64,000 nt of DNA from Nanobdellota archaeon (GCA_038045385.1 JBBSYE010000001.1:42165-106164), one strand, 5' to 3'. Shown: positions 41,334-52,010, counted from the stretch's first letter. The notes: generated from the letters alone by a model not told the origin. Numbers and translations are program-made.

Positions 41334-41933
41334 ATGACTCAATCAGATTTATCTTTACGAATGCAGGAAAACGCTTGGGTTAACTTAAAGATACGAAAAG
41401 CAGTTCCTCAAGACGCACAAAAAGTTTACGAAATAGCAAATTCTCTTAAAATAAACAAAGAAAACCCACAAAAAAACGGCTTCCTAGTCTATGTTACAGA
41501 CTTAGAAGGTTACAAAAAAAGAATAGAACACACACCATATTTTTACATAGCCGAACGCGACGGAGAGGCAATAGGTTTTATGTTTTGCTTTGACGAAAAA
41601 GTTCTTACAAAATTAGTTCAAAAGAAAATAATCACGGGAGAAGATGAAACATTCTCTTTCTATTTCGGAAAGAAAAAACAATTCGTTTTAGTAGATCAAC
41701 TAGGGGTTCAAAAACAACATACCAATCAGGGAGTCGGTAAGGCTTTGTTTGATGCTTTCTTCAAAGATATAATAGGGAAAAGATGCGATGTATATGCAGA
41801 AATTCTTCATAAGCCCATAAGAAACAATTCTACAATCGGTTTTTGCAAGTCAATAGGTTTCAATGAAATAACAGAAATAGCAAATGCCGACAAAAACACA
41901 TGGGGAATTTATCATATTCCCTCCGAATTATAG
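41334..41933 (+). CDS. GNAT family acetyltransferase
   Basis: IRKA, QLGV...NQGVGKALF, N..S..F....GF. Confidence 0.8.
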   Translation: MTQSDLSLRMQENAWVNLKIRKAVPQDAQKVYEIANSLKINKENPQKNGFLVYVTDLEGYKKRIEHTPYFYIAERDGEAIGFMFCFDEKVLTKLVQKKIITGEDETFSFYFGKKKQFVLVDQLGVQKQHTNQGVGKALFDAFFKDIIGKRCDVYAEILHKPIRNNSTIGFCKSIGFNEITEIANADKNTWGIYHIPSEL

Positions 41934-42217
41934 CAAGATTTATTAACGAGTTTTCTTTCAAAAAACTATGTTGCCCTACGAATTACCATTTAGTCATGTT
42001 GTTGCATTTTTTTTAACGCCCTCAAGACAACTTTTAGAGCAAAGATTTTTCTGGGAAGACGTTCTAGAAAATAACTCTCAAAATGAAATAAATAGACAAC
42101 CGGAATATTTCCCTGCTAATCGCAAAAGAAATTATGACCTCCCGCCCAAATCAAATATTTCCCCGCGTCGTGTTTCTCATCAATAAACTATTAAAACACT
42201 CAAATAATACTAGCTAT

Positions 42218-43579
42218 ATGCTAAATCTTTACAATACTCTATCTCGAAAGAAAGAATCATTCAAACCAATAAAAAAAGAAGTCGGGATGTATTCCTGCGG
42301 CCCAACAGTATATTGGTATCCTCATGTAGGAAATATGCGTACCTATATCTTCTCTGATATATTAAAAAGAGTTTTAGATTACAACGGCTACAAAGTAAAA
42401 CACGTTATGAACATAACTGACGTAGGCCATCTAACTTCCGATGCAGACGCGGGCGAGGATAGAATGGAATCCGCAGTTTTAAGAGAGCACAAATCTGCTG
42501 AAGAAATTGCAGACTTCTACACTCAAGTCTTTTTAAGCGACATGAAAAAACTCAATATTCTAATTCCAAATTTTATGCCCAAAGCAACAGAACATATCAA
42601 AGAGCAAATTGCCCTAATCAAAGAATTAGAAAAAAAAGGATTCACCTATAAAACTCATGATGGAATCTATTTCAATAGCACAAAATTCAAAAATTATGGT
42701 AAACTTGCAAAAATCAATCTCAAAGGCTTAGAAGCTGGAAAGCGAATAGATATTGGCGAAAAAAAACACAAAACAGATTTTGCACTCTGGAAATTCTCGC
42801 AAAATCCCGGAGAGAGACAGCAAGAATATCAAAGCCCTTGGGGTCTAGGCTTTCCGGGATGGCATCTAGAATGCTCTGCAATGAGCATGAAATATTTAGG
42901 AAAAAGCTTTGACATTCATACTGGCGGAATAGACCACATCCCGATTCATCACACGAATGAAATAGCGCAAAGCGAATCGGCAACTGGAAAGAAATTCGTA
43001 AAATACTGGCTACATGGCGCTTTCTTAAATTTCAAAGGCGAGAAAGTAAGCAAAAGTAAAGGCGGACTTTACACAATTTCAGAGCTAGAAAAGCTAGGCT
43101 ACAATCCAATGCACTTCCGTTATCTCTGCCTTTTAACACACTATCGCAAGCCACTAAATTTCACTTTAAGCCATTTAGAAGCCGCAAAATCCGCTTACGA
43201 GCGACTAAAAAGAAAAGTTCAAAACATAGAAGGCGGCAAAGCAAAAAAAGATTATGAAAAGCAATTCGCCAAAGCATTAAACAATGATTTAAACATGCCT
43301 GAAGCAATTCAAATTCTCTGGAAAGCCCTAGAAGACACACAATATAACTCCAAAGCAAAGAAGCAATTTTTAGAAAAAGCAGATTCAGTTCTAGGCTTAG
43401 AACTCTTAATCACTCAAGATGACCAAATACCAGAAAATGTCCAATCTCTCTTAGTCTCACGTCAAGAAGCCCGAGAGAAAAAAGATTTCAAACTTGCAGA
43501 TAAAATTCGTGAGCAGATTAAATCCCTCGGATTTATAGTTGAAGATACTCCCGAAGGCCAGAAGGTTTCTAAATCTTAA
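42218..43579 (+). CDS. cysS: cysteine--tRNA ligase
   Basis: YSCGPTVY..PHVGN, DFALWK, GFPGWHLECSAM, DIHTGG, KVSKS. Confidence 0.97.
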   Translation: MLNLYNTLSRKKESFKPIKKEVGMYSCGPTVYWYPHVGNMRTYIFSDILKRVLDYNGYKVKHVMNITDVGHLTSDADAGEDRMESAVLREHKSAEEIADFYTQVFLSDMKKLNILIPNFMPKATEHIKEQIALIKELEKKGFTYKTHDGIYFNSTKFKNYGKLAKINLKGLEAGKRIDIGEKKHKTDFALWKFSQNPGERQQEYQSPWGLGFPGWHLECSAMSMKYLGKSFDIHTGGIDHIPIHHTNEIAQSESATGKKFVKYWLHGAFLNFKGEKVSKSKGGLYTISELEKLGYNPMHFRYLCLLTHYRKPLNFTLSHLEAAKSAYERLKRKVQNIEGGKAKKDYEKQFAKALNNDLNMPEAIQILWKALEDTQYNSKAKKQFLEKADSVLGLELLITQDDQIPENVQSLLVSRQEAREKKDFKLADKIREQIKSLGFIVEDTPEGQKVSKS

Positions 43580-44205
43580 TATGGATTTTTATATTTTGAA
43601 TAATATCTTTTTCCAAAAAATACATGTCCAAGGAAATAAGCTCCAGAGCCAAAAATTCCTATAAGCAAGTCCGCCATGGTATCATCAAGCGGGTCCATAA
43701 GAAGATTAAATTTCTCAAGCCCGCTATATTCTCTCAAATAAACTCCTTGAAGCTTTAAATCAAATAAATAATCTAGCCCATACTCTGCGATTTCAAACAT
43801 TCCCAATAAGCCCATAGTTACCATAAACGCCAATAACAAACGATATTTTCTCTCAATATTCAGATAGGAAATCATGTAGAAAACTATTGAGGAAACCAAG
43901 ATGGGCTGAATGAAATGCTGTATCTTATCATAGTTAGGATAAAGATAATAAGCAGGACTAAAAAGAAAACTTGCAATCGCGATGATAAAAATGAAAGCAT
44001 AATGTCTCTTCCTGAACCTTATATCAAATCCATGATCTAATGCATAAAAAGCAACTACAAATCCAATAGCAGAAAAAACTCTCAAAACAATAGAAGCGTT
44101 CTTAAAAAAATAAATAAGAAGCATCAAAAGAATCGCAAAAATTACTACGAACCTTCTCTTCAAATGATAAGCAACATGAAACTTGCTAATCAATCTCTTT
44201 CTCAT
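43576..44205 (-). CDS. membrane protein (DUF2238/VanZ-like)
   Basis: YDKIQH, FEIAEY, DTMADL within TM segments. Confidence 0.65.
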   Translation of the reverse strand: MRKRLISKFHVAYHLKRRFVVIFAILLMLLIYFFKNASIVLRVFSAIGFVVAFYALDHGFDIRFRKRHYAFIFIIAIASFLFSPAYYLYPNYDKIQHFIQPILVSSIVFYMISYLNIERKYRLLLAFMVTMGLLGMFEIAEYGLDYLFDLKLQGVYLREYSGLEKFNLLMDPLDDTMADLLIGIFGSGAYFLGHVFFGKRYYSKYKNPY

Positions 44206-44519
44206 ATAAAACCTAATATTCCCTTATTTAATAATCTCACGATTCTAAATAAAACTCTTAATTCAGCCTTTTCTTCTTCTCAAACACAACTCTTCTTCTA
44301 TCAAAAATATACTCTCTTTCCATTTCAATATTACAAGAGTAACCTCCAACAACTGCATTTTCAGCATAAGGAATTCCATAGCTAATAACACAAGAAATAA
44401 GATGCACAGCTAAAGATTTTCTCATCTACCCCAATAGATAGTCCATTTAAAAAAATATAGGTCCTCAAATGAAGACCTAAAAACTTAATTAAAAAATAAA
44501 AATAATATTTATTTAGCGT

Positions 44520-44852
44520 TTATTGCTCTTCGTTTGAACTTTCAGAGCTTTCTTCGTTGTCTTCGTTTCTTGGCGTAATTCCTTTCTTCTTCATGAAGCA
44601 ACTCTTGCATAATACAGGAGTGCCTTCACGAGGTTTGAATGGAACTTCTCCTTCGTTTCCACATTCAGAGCAGGTTATCTTGTGCATTGTGCGAGGTCCA
44701 AAATCTCTTCTGAATCCTCCTCCACCGCCTCCTCCGCGTCCGCCGAATCCACCGCCGCCACGTCTGAAGCCACCGCCTCCTCCGCCACGTCGATCTCCTC
44801 CGCCTCCGCGTCCGAAACCGCCTCTGTCTCCGCCGTCTCTATCAAATGCCAT
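44520..44852 (-). CDS. RGG-rich CxxC-x17-CxxC zinc-ribbon protein
   Basis: RGG repeats, CSECG..EVPFKP...PVLCKSC; SD GGAGG. Confidence 0.85.
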   Translation of the reverse strand: MAFDRDGGDRGGFGRGGGGDRRGGGGGGFRRGGGGFGGRGGGGGGGFRRDFGPRTMHKITCSECGNEGEVPFKPREGTPVLCKSCFMKKKGITPRNEDNEESSESSNEEQ

Positions 44853-44977
44853 ATCTTATATTGAGTCCTCCTTTCATCCTAATTGTTTCATTTTCTTGTT
44901 TTCTATAAGAACTAGTACTGGACTCCTTCTTACATTTCCCCTAAAAACTCTCACTATATAAATCTTATGAAGTCGTT

Positions 44978-45285
44978 CTATAAGGCATTTTCACGCATTA
45001 CTCTAGAAGCATAATTCCTCTTCTCATCAGTTAATGCCTTAACTGAAGACGCAACACAAAGACCATATTTCTCCCTAACCTCTTCCATCATACCTTCCGC
45101 TACGTAATCTATATACATTATACAAGTAAAAGTATCAATAACTCCAGTAAAATCAGCAACCCCCTCAAGATTTACATCTCCAATAACTTCCCCAATCCCA
45201 TAAATAATTATTTCTTCTCTTTTCTCTCCACAGCCCGCTAAAAAAGAGCTCCAGAAAGCAAACCTATTAATCCCTTTGATTTCAT
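44978..45285 (-). pseudogene. lipoprotein-like gene with a one-base frameshift
   Basis: MKSKGLIGLLSGALF* becomes ...LFLAGC and opens to 44978 if the A6 run at 45240-45245 were A7. Confidence 0.55.
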
Positions 45286-45335
45286 ATCTAAAATTCTCAA
45301 ACTAGCGATATAAACTTTATCAATTTTCATATAAA

Positions 45336-45737
45336 TTAGATCTCTCTTTCTTCATAGACTTTATTTGCGATAAAATTCTGAATTCTCATAATTGCATCAG
45401 GATGCATTTTATCTCCAAACATTTTAGGCATTTCACCCAAATCTCTTGTGCCACTATCTACCCTCGCCCAAAGGTCTTCAAAAGGAGAAGGAATATCCAA
45501 AGGAACACTAGCCAATTTACCTTCAATTATCTCCAATTTATAATCATAACCTGTTTTAGCATTATAATTTTTTATCTCTTCAGGTTTTCTCTTGCATGAA
45601 CCGCAAGAATCTTTTGCTCTTACCATATTAAATTCTTCATCAGTTAACTTCCAAGTATTCATTCTCATCAGCATATTCCCAAGAATATGGCAACCATTAC
45701 AATTCCCGCAATCTTTGATTACATTCAATTTAACCAT
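45336..45737 (-). CDS. Cys-motif hypothetical protein
   Basis: CGNCNGC and CGSC. Confidence 0.55.
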   Translation of the reverse strand: MVKLNVIKDCGNCNGCHILGNMLMRMNTWKLTDEEFNMVRAKDSCGSCKRKPEEIKNYNAKTGYDYKLEIIEGKLASVPLDIPSPFEDLWARVDSGTRDLGEMPKMFGDKMHPDAIMRIQNFIANKVYEEREI

Positions 45738-45766
45738 AAAATTATCCCAAGAAATACTACTTAAAT

Positions 45767-46597
45767 CTAAGCCTTAATTCTTCCTTCTTGCCAATCTTTC
45801 AGCACTAGCCGAGCAGTCCTATCTGTATCAACAAATCCATGTTTCTTGAGAAAATTTCTTTGTTTCCCAAGAACCTCAAGAAAATCATCATCGGCTTTTA
45901 AAGAGAGATGATAATATTTTTCAATTAGCCCAGGATATTGACGCATAAGTTGCACAACCATCAATTCAGGATTTTTAACACTATCAAATCTTCTTATTCC
46001 AATAGCAGTATGTTTAGCCAAAATATCTCTTCCAGCTCTAGTTCCCTCATGATCCGGAATAACTCCTGGGCTATCCAAAATAGCAATATCTTTTCCAAAT
46101 CGCACTTTCTGAATTCCTTTTGTATGTCCGGATATCGGCGATACTGGCGCAGAAGCTCGCCTAGTTAAAACATTCATCAAACTAGATTTACCAGTATTAG
46201 GATAGCCAATAACCCCCACAAGCACTTTCCTCTTCAATTTCAATCTCTTGGCCTCAATCTGAATTCTCTTTCTCAACTCATTCCTCCCAATCTTCTTTGT
46301 GCAAGAGAAAAATACCCAAGGCACTAATTCAAGCGCGGCAGCCTCTTCTTCAGCCTTTTTCATATCAGTCAAGTCAGCCTTATTTAAAATATAAATGAGT
46401 TGTTTCCCTTCTTCACGAACAAGTTTTTCAATTTCGCGATTTCTCGTTTGGTCAATAAAACGTGCATCCAAAATCTCAAGAACAATATCTGCCATTCCAA
46501 CAACTTCAAGGAGAATAAGAGGGAATGCCTTCTTATGCTTATTAGTTCCAACTATAATTCCTGTCTTTCGCGAAGAAAATGAATATCTAATTCTCAT
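45767..46597 (-). CDS. circularly permuted ribosome-biogenesis GTPase (RbgA/YlqF/Nog2 family)
   Basis: LDAR, NKAD, GYPNTGKSS, DSPG in G4-G1-G3 order. Confidence 0.92.
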   Translation of the reverse strand: MRIRYSFSSRKTGIIVGTNKHKKAFPLILLEVVGMADIVLEILDARFIDQTRNREIEKLVREEGKQLIYILNKADLTDMKKAEEEAAALELVPWVFFSCTKKIGRNELRKRIQIEAKRLKLKRKVLVGVIGYPNTGKSSLMNVLTRRASAPVSPISGHTKGIQKVRFGKDIAILDSPGVIPDHEGTRAGRDILAKHTAIGIRRFDSVKNPELMVVQLMRQYPGLIEKYYHLSLKADDDFLEVLGKQRNFLKKHGFVDTDRTARLVLKDWQEGRIKA

Positions 46598-46629
46598 AAT
46601 AATAAATTGCTAATGCGTTATATAATCCT

Positions 46630-47352
46630 TTAGTTATCAAAACATCTTCTAACTTCTCTAACAATATCCATTAGCTCTCTAACTCTTATTCTATCAACGG
46701 GCATTTGAGTGTCCCCATTGGGTTTGAAATAGCTACCTATAATTGCTCCATCACAAACCCTCAATTGTTCATAAGCATTCTTCGCATTCACACCAGCCCC
46801 AACAACTAAAGGAAAATCTCCAAGATGATATTTGAAAGCTCTAAGTTTATCAGTAGGAGTCTCAATTCCTGTGCCTTCCCCAGTTGTGACAATAGCCTCA
46901 CATATTCCCATAGCTAAAGTTAAATCTTTCTCAAGAGAATTTCCAGTATCTTTAGTATATTTGAATCTCACTCCACCAAGAAGAGAAATATTCGGAAATT
47001 TTCCTCTTAATAGCCCGAGAGTTGAGAAATCAATTCCTCCGCTTACGTTATCAAACTGAACAAACTTTGCCCCATAATTCGCAGCAAATTGGAATCCCTC
47101 ATAAGGATTATGAAGATAATTGACTCCTCTGACAATTTTAAAACCCCTCTCACTTTGTTGCAGAGCATCAAGCAAATTTGAATAATTTCCATGATAATCC
47201 TCAATTATCGCCCCATCAACTCCCTCTTCCTCGTAAATGCCCAATTCATCCAAAGCTCTCTTAATCTTTCCATCTCGTCCATTTCCAGCAAGATGAATCA
47301 TTCCAATAATAGGTTTTTTTATAGGAAATAATTTAGCAAAATCTCTAGTCAT
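46630..47352 (-). CDS. BtpA/SgcQ family protein
   Basis: KPIIGMIHL, VTTGEGTG, VGAGV, GAIIGSYFK. Confidence 0.85.
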   Translation of the reverse strand: MTRDFAKLFPIKKPIIGMIHLAGNGRDGKIKRALDELGIYEEEGVDGAIIEDYHGNYSNLLDALQQSERGFKIVRGVNYLHNPYEGFQFAANYGAKFVQFDNVSGGIDFSTLGLLRGKFPNISLLGGVRFKYTKDTGNSLEKDLTLAMGICEAIVTTGEGTGIETPTDKLRAFKYHLGDFPLVVGAGVNAKNAYEQLRVCDGAIIGSYFKPNGDTQMPVDRIRVRELMDIVREVRRCFDN

Positions 47353-47405
47353 TAAATTAAAAATCCAGAATCCCTTTTAATAATTGTTATACTAAAAAAC
47401 AATCT

Positions 47406-47783
47406 CTATCTCACACTAGATTTTTGCAAGGCATATTTTCCCGCGCCAAAAGCATTCAATACAAATAAAACGGCAAGTATCAAAAAGTCTCTTTCAAATC
47501 CAGAAGTTAAACTTGCCTTTGCAAAACATCCCGGAATCTGCACAAAAGCCAGAGCAACTAAAATAATTACCATTAAAGGATAAGTCGCCCAAGGAAATCC
47601 AGCACCAAGAATAAGGAGAATACCAAACAGGACTTCAACAGCTCCAACAAGAAAACCAACAAATCCGTTCAATCCAAGTAATTCAGGCGAAGTAAACAAC
47701 TTAGGCCATCCATGATAAACGAATATAACTCCAACAATAATCCTCAAGGCAAGAAGCGAAGCATTCTGCCACTCTTTATTCAT
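47406..47783 (-). CDS. DoxX family membrane protein
   Basis: LRIIVGVIFVYHGWPKL, AVEV..G.LLILG, GAGKYAL. Confidence 0.85.
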   Translation of the reverse strand: MNKEWQNASLLALRIIVGVIFVYHGWPKLFTSPELLGLNGFVGFLVGAVEVLFGILLILGAGFPWATYPLMVIILVALAFVQIPGCFAKASLTSGFERDFLILAVLFVLNAFGAGKYALQKSSVR

Positions 47784-47817
47784 AAATAAAATAAGCGCAA
47801 TTGTTATTTAAACGTTT

Positions 47818-48435
47818 CTAGATGTCTAAGCCCATATTATCTATTTCTTCTGGTTCAAGAGCCATAATTTTTGTACTAGCGATTTTTACATTATCTTCAT
47901 CAATTTTTGGGAAAATTTCTTTAATACTTTTTTGAACATCTTTGAAATTCCACTCATCCATTAGACGTTTGGAGCTAATAGTATTTTTTACATCTTTTCC
48001 CAAGTTTTCTCTATGTTTATGCCTAATTGGGTCTATGTCCTTCAAATCCACAATATAAAAGTAAGGTTTTTCTTGATGTACAACAAAAAGTTTGGTTGCA
48101 CTCCAAAATTTTAAATATCTATCAATTGAATTTTTTTGAAATTTAAATAAAAGCTTATTTGATTGCCTTTTATCAATAAATCTCGTACTTTTTACTTCAA
48201 AAAACATGATTTGATTATTATTATCTAAAACAATAAAGTCAGGCATAGATTTTATTTTTTCTGCAGAATCAGTATAATTTCCCTTCAAGTTTTTCTTCAA
48301 TTCTTCAATATGGTTTTCCACCCCAAACTTTATTATTTTATATCCTTCCATTGACTTAACCAGAAATTCAAAAATACTCTCAGCATTTTTTCCAAACAAA
48401 TAATTTTTGTTAAATCTTTTGCCAGATTCGTCCAT
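47818..48435 (-). CDS. PD-(D/E)XK nuclease-like protein
   Basis: GKNAE, MPDFIV, FFEVKS. Confidence 0.65.
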   Translation of the reverse strand: MDESGKRFNKNYLFGKNAESIFEFLVKSMEGYKIIKFGVENHIEELKKNLKGNYTDSAEKIKSMPDFIVLDNNNQIMFFEVKSTRFIDKRQSNKLLFKFQKNSIDRYLKFWSATKLFVVHQEKPYFYIVDLKDIDPIRHKHRENLGKDVKNTISSKRLMDEWNFKDVQKSIKEIFPKIDEDNVKIASTKIMALEPEEIDNMGLDI

Positions 48436-48469
48436 GAAAACAAAAAAGCTCTCGATTAATAAACCTTTA

Positions 48470-48946
48470 CTAAATATGACAACTCGCGCCATTTTTCTCA
48501 GCATATTTCTGATGATATTCTTCCGCGCGATAAAACACTCCCGCTTTAGAAATTTCAGTAACTATTTTTCTATCTAATTTTTTCTGTAACTCTTCTCTAG
48601 ACTTTAGTGCCTCTTTCTTTTGCTTCTCGCTCGTGTAAAATATCGCCGAGCGATATTGACTTCCAACATCCGCCCCTTGTCTATTCATAGTTGTAGGATT
48701 ATGACACTTCCAAAAAACTCGCAACAATTCAGTATAACTTATTTTATCAGAATCAAACACAACTTTAACCGCTTCGGCATGTCCAGTTTTACCAGAACAA
48801 ACCTGCTCATAGTTCGGACCCACAACAACTCCTCCAGTATATCCAGATTCCGCCGAAATAACTCCTTTAACTTTAGCAAAAGCATATTCAACTCCCCAGA
48901 AACACCCCGCTGCAAAAATAGCTTCTTCAGTTTTTACTTTAGCCAT
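48470..48946 (-). CDS. msrA: peptide methionine sulfoxide reductase A
   Basis: AAGCFWGVE, YEQVCSG.TGHAE, QYRSAIF, AEEYHQKY. Confidence 0.96.
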   Translation of the reverse strand: MAKVKTEEAIFAAGCFWGVEYAFAKVKGVISAESGYTGGVVVGPNYEQVCSGKTGHAEAVKVVFDSDKISYTELLRVFWKCHNPTTMNRQGADVGSQYRSAIFYTSEKQKKEALKSREELQKKLDRKIVTEISKAGVFYRAEEYHQKYAEKNGASCHI

Positions 48947-48952
48947 AAAAAA

Positions 48953-49369
48953 TTATCTTCTCATCTTCGGCTTCCAAGCAACAAAGCCTATCGCTACAAA
49001 ATATAGAACCCATCCGATTTTAGGAATAATCATAGATAAGCTAAACCATCCAGGGTAATTAGCTTTCTCAAAAATTCTCCAGGTAGCAATCACAAGTAAT
49101 ACAAGTATCGCAAGCCAACCAGCTATTGGAATCAACATCAAGAAAATCCAAGCCCAATGGAATCCGCCCATCTGCAAAATCATAGACATATTAGCAAAAG
49201 GTATCCAAGCAAGCCAAGGAGATTTATGTTTCTGCCTTCGTGCAATGGTCTGCCAAGCCAAAGCAAAATAACAATATAGAGCGATGAAAAAGATTAGTGC
49301 AACCATTATTCCAATAGCAACAACAGTTCCAAAAAGTCCGCCGAAAAATCCACTAACAAAAGGGTCCAT
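48953..49369 (-). CDS. membrane protein (DUF5684-like)
   Basis: WLAWIPFAN motif, several TM segments. Confidence 0.65.
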   Translation of the reverse strand: MDPFVSGFFGGLFGTVVAIGIMVALIFFIALYCYFALAWQTIARRQKHKSPWLAWIPFANMSMILQMGGFHWAWIFLMLIPIAGWLAILVLLVIATWRIFEKANYPGWFSLSMIIPKIGWVLYFVAIGFVAWKPKMRR

Positions 49370-49432
49370 GCTCTCCCTAAAAATTGAACTTTTAAATCCC
49401 ATATCTAACAATAGAAATTATACTTAATAAAT

Positions 49433-49822
49433 CTATTTAACACTCTTTCCGTTGGCCACCCAGAAGTCAACACCATATTTTTTATTCATTAAAAAAAGAG
49501 CAATAGTCGCCATCGCCAGACCAAAATCTCTAATTCCTACCGGATTAAAACCAATAGAAAACGCTATAAAAAGTAAATGAATTCCCAAAATCAAAGCGGA
49601 AAATCTACTATAAAGACCAATAAGCAAGAATATCCCAAAAGTCAATTCAAGAATTCCATTAAATATAACCCAATTATTCGCAGTCAATATAACTCCCGTC
49701 AAAAAATCAGGCACAAGTTCAGCCCAATCATCCGGCGAGCTAATTTGCGAAAAGCCAAAATATAAAAATACAACTGCTAAAGAAATAGACAACAAAGGAT
49801 AGGAATATTTCTCAAGATTCAT
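49433..49822 (-). CDS. DoxX family membrane protein
   Basis: VFLYFG, NGILELTFG..LLIG..R, IRDFGL. Confidence 0.8.
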   Translation of the reverse strand: MNLEKYSYPLLSISLAVVFLYFGFSQISSPDDWAELVPDFLTGVILTANNWVIFNGILELTFGIFLLIGLYSRFSALILGIHLLFIAFSIGFNPVGIRDFGLAMATIALFLMNKKYGVDFWVANGKSVK

Positions 49823-50256
49823 TGAATTTCTCCTAGAACATCAAAATCTCCAATAAAAACTCCAACTTTCATTAACAAACTCACCTTACTTTGCCCATGC
49901 TGTCCAGTAAAAGCGTTTTCAAATCCAGAAGAAGTTCCACAATAATTCAATATCCTATTAACTCCCCCAGGATGCCTCGGCAAATAAGAAGTTATATCAT
50001 ACACTTTCCCTTCAAAAGATACCCAACAATCATCTCTTGAATTATGTTCTCCAAGGGCCGAAGTAGTTATTGCATTGCTTAAAGGCCCTACATTTTCTAT
50101 TGTTTCATTAGACACATTAACATCCTCAAGAGGTCCAGAAGTTCCAGAGTCATCAACAACATCCCGTTCCTGATTCATTCTAATAAAATAAACCGAATTA
50201 ATAACAACAAGAAATATCAAAACAGCAAAAATAATTTTCACGTTCACAAAAAACAA
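49819..50256 (-). CDS. membrane-anchored cytochrome b5-like heme-binding protein
   Basis: HNSRDDCWV...VYDIT.Y..HPGG and F..QH heme-ligand His residues. Confidence 0.88.
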   Translation of the reverse strand: MFFVNVKIIFAVLIFLVVINSVYFIRMNQERDVVDDSGTSGPLEDVNVSNETIENVGPLSNAITTSALGEHNSRDDCWVSFEGKVYDITSYLPRHPGGVNRILNYCGTSSGFENAFTGQHGQSKVSLLMKVGVFIGDFDVLGEIQ

Positions 50257-50380
50257 AATTCAAGTTAGGTTTTAAACGTTACTAATATATCCAGATATAT
50301 GCCAGCAATAAGCTCATTTTCAAAGAGATAAGTTTATATTTGCTCTAAGATAATATTACTTATTCATAAAGAGGTAAGAG

Positions 50381-50902
50381 ATGAATTCCAAGGATAAAAA
50401 AGACTATTTATTTTCAATTTTAAGAATTCTCATCGGGCTTATTTTTCTCTGGGCCTTTTTTGATAAGCTTATAGGATTGGGCTTCGCAACCTGTCTAAAT
50501 ACAGAAACACAAAAGCTAGAAATTATGTGCGATAAAGCTTGGCTCAATGGTGGCTCTCCAACTTTCGGCTATTTGAGCTATGCAACAAAAGGCCCCCTAG
50601 CCGGCTTTTATCAATCTCTCGCGAGTCTCCCAATAGTTGATTGGCTCTTTATGTTCGGTCTTCTCGGAGTTGGCTTAACGCTCACATTTGGATTCCTAAT
50701 CAGATTCGGTAGTCTTGTAGGTGCATTAATGCTCTTCTTAATGTGGACAGCAGTATTCCCTCCAGAACATCATCCTTTTGTTGACGACCATATTATAAAT
50801 ATTATAATACTTCTCGGACTCGCATTTATCAATACTGGCAAAAATTGGAGTCTAGGAAATTGGTGGTTAAATCTTTCGTTTCTTTTCAAAAAGATAATAT
50901 AA
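50381..50902 (+). CDS. DoxX/DoxD-like membrane protein
   Basis: LRILIGLIFLWAFFDKL, WLNGGSPT, DWLFMFGL, HPFVDDH. Confidence 0.82.
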   Translation: MNSKDKKDYLFSILRILIGLIFLWAFFDKLIGLGFATCLNTETQKLEIMCDKAWLNGGSPTFGYLSYATKGPLAGFYQSLASLPIVDWLFMFGLLGVGLTLTFGFLIRFGSLVGALMLFLMWTAVFPPEHHPFVDDHIINIIILLGLAFINTGKNWSLGNWWLNLSFLFKKII

Positions 50903-50982
50903 CTCCCAACATCTTTTGCCTTTTTCATCACATAAGTAGAAATTGGAATTAATAAGTATTACTTATTAGAAGCATTATCTAA

Positions 50983-51621
50983 TTATTTTGTAGGCACGTA
51001 ACGCTCGCCTTTCTTTTCAAGCTCACGTCGCGCAAGTTGTTGAAGAAACTTTGGTCCTCTTGTTAAAAGTAATAAATGAAGAACCAAATTACGTGCCCAA
51101 ATAGGAATCAAACCACAATCCTTATTGTAAGCATTGACAAATCTTCTATGATGAGGAGAAATATCTTTAAGCACATCTTCAGCAACAACCGCATTCTCAA
51201 TAATCGCACCATAATGTGCAAACGAGTCCATAGAACGCGGTAAGTGATATCTGCTTGTTATGAGCGTCATATCACCAAAGAACTCTCTTTCTCTAAGAAG
51301 ACCCATGGTAAATTCCGCATTTTGAGTCGTATCAATAGAATTTTCTTCCAAGGCTATATGTCTAGGATTAATTCCATATTTGCGAATTGCAATATCTCCC
51401 AGAACGCTTGATAAAGAAGGATTATTTGCGCCATTAATCTTCCCGCCAGCAATAACCACAAGCGCAGCCTTTTCAGATTTACTATCCATAAAATCATGAT
51501 AAAGTTTAGCTCCTGCTGCAATACGCATATGTGCTGCTAGGTCAGGCTTCCAACCTATCTTTCTTTCAGGCGCTCGCATCATCCCATTAGTTAAAACTAC
51601 AATCGCCTTATCATATCTCAT
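50983..51621 (-). CDS. YdcF/DUF218 family protein
   Basis: IAGG, LEENSIDTTQNA, ITSRYHLPRS. Confidence 0.85.
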   Translation of the reverse strand: MRYDKAIVVLTNGMMRAPERKIGWKPDLAAHMRIAAGAKLYHDFMDSKSEKAALVVIAGGKINGANNPSLSSVLGDIAIRKYGINPRHIALEENSIDTTQNAEFTMGLLREREFFGDMTLITSRYHLPRSMDSFAHYGAIIENAVVAEDVLKDISPHHRRFVNAYNKDCGLIPIWARNLVLHLLLLTRGPKFLQQLARRELEKKGERYVPTK

Positions 51622-51669
51622 GAAAATTAACCCAAATATCAACTTATAAATCTATCCTACTAGCGTTAA

Positions 51670-51978
51670 TTATAATGTTGCTATCAAAAAAACAAATGCT
51701 ACAATAGTTATCAAAAACAGCATTCCAATAGTATATCCAAGCAACCAAACGGCATCATTCTTTTTTCCGTCCAGATATAACATTACAGGTTTTCCAAGCA
51801 CCAAGAATCCCGTAATCGCTGCGGAACAGACAAATAGCAAAAGCATAGCAATTGGAATAAGTATAGTATCTGGTTCAGAGGAAAAAGTCTGAAGAGAAAA
51901 GATAAAAGAAACTACTAAGAGAATATATGCCGTAGTTCCAAGTGAGTTAAGAATCGCTCTTTTTATTATTTTATTCAT
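51670..51978 (-). CDS. 3-TM membrane protein
   Basis: hydrophobic segments, LFVCSAAITG.LV.GKP. Confidence 0.65.
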   Translation of the reverse strand: MNKIIKRAILNSLGTTAYILLVVSFIFSLQTFSSEPDTILIPIAMLLLFVCSAAITGFLVLGKPVMLYLDGKKNDAVWLLGYTIGMLFLITIVAFVFLIATL

Positions 51979-52010
51979 AATCCTCAGTATCTTTAATCTT
52001 TATATAATTT

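Noticed and set aside
44557-44961. proline-rich plus-strand ORF / GC-rich tandem repeats
   Set aside because: Antisense shadow of the RGG-coding region.
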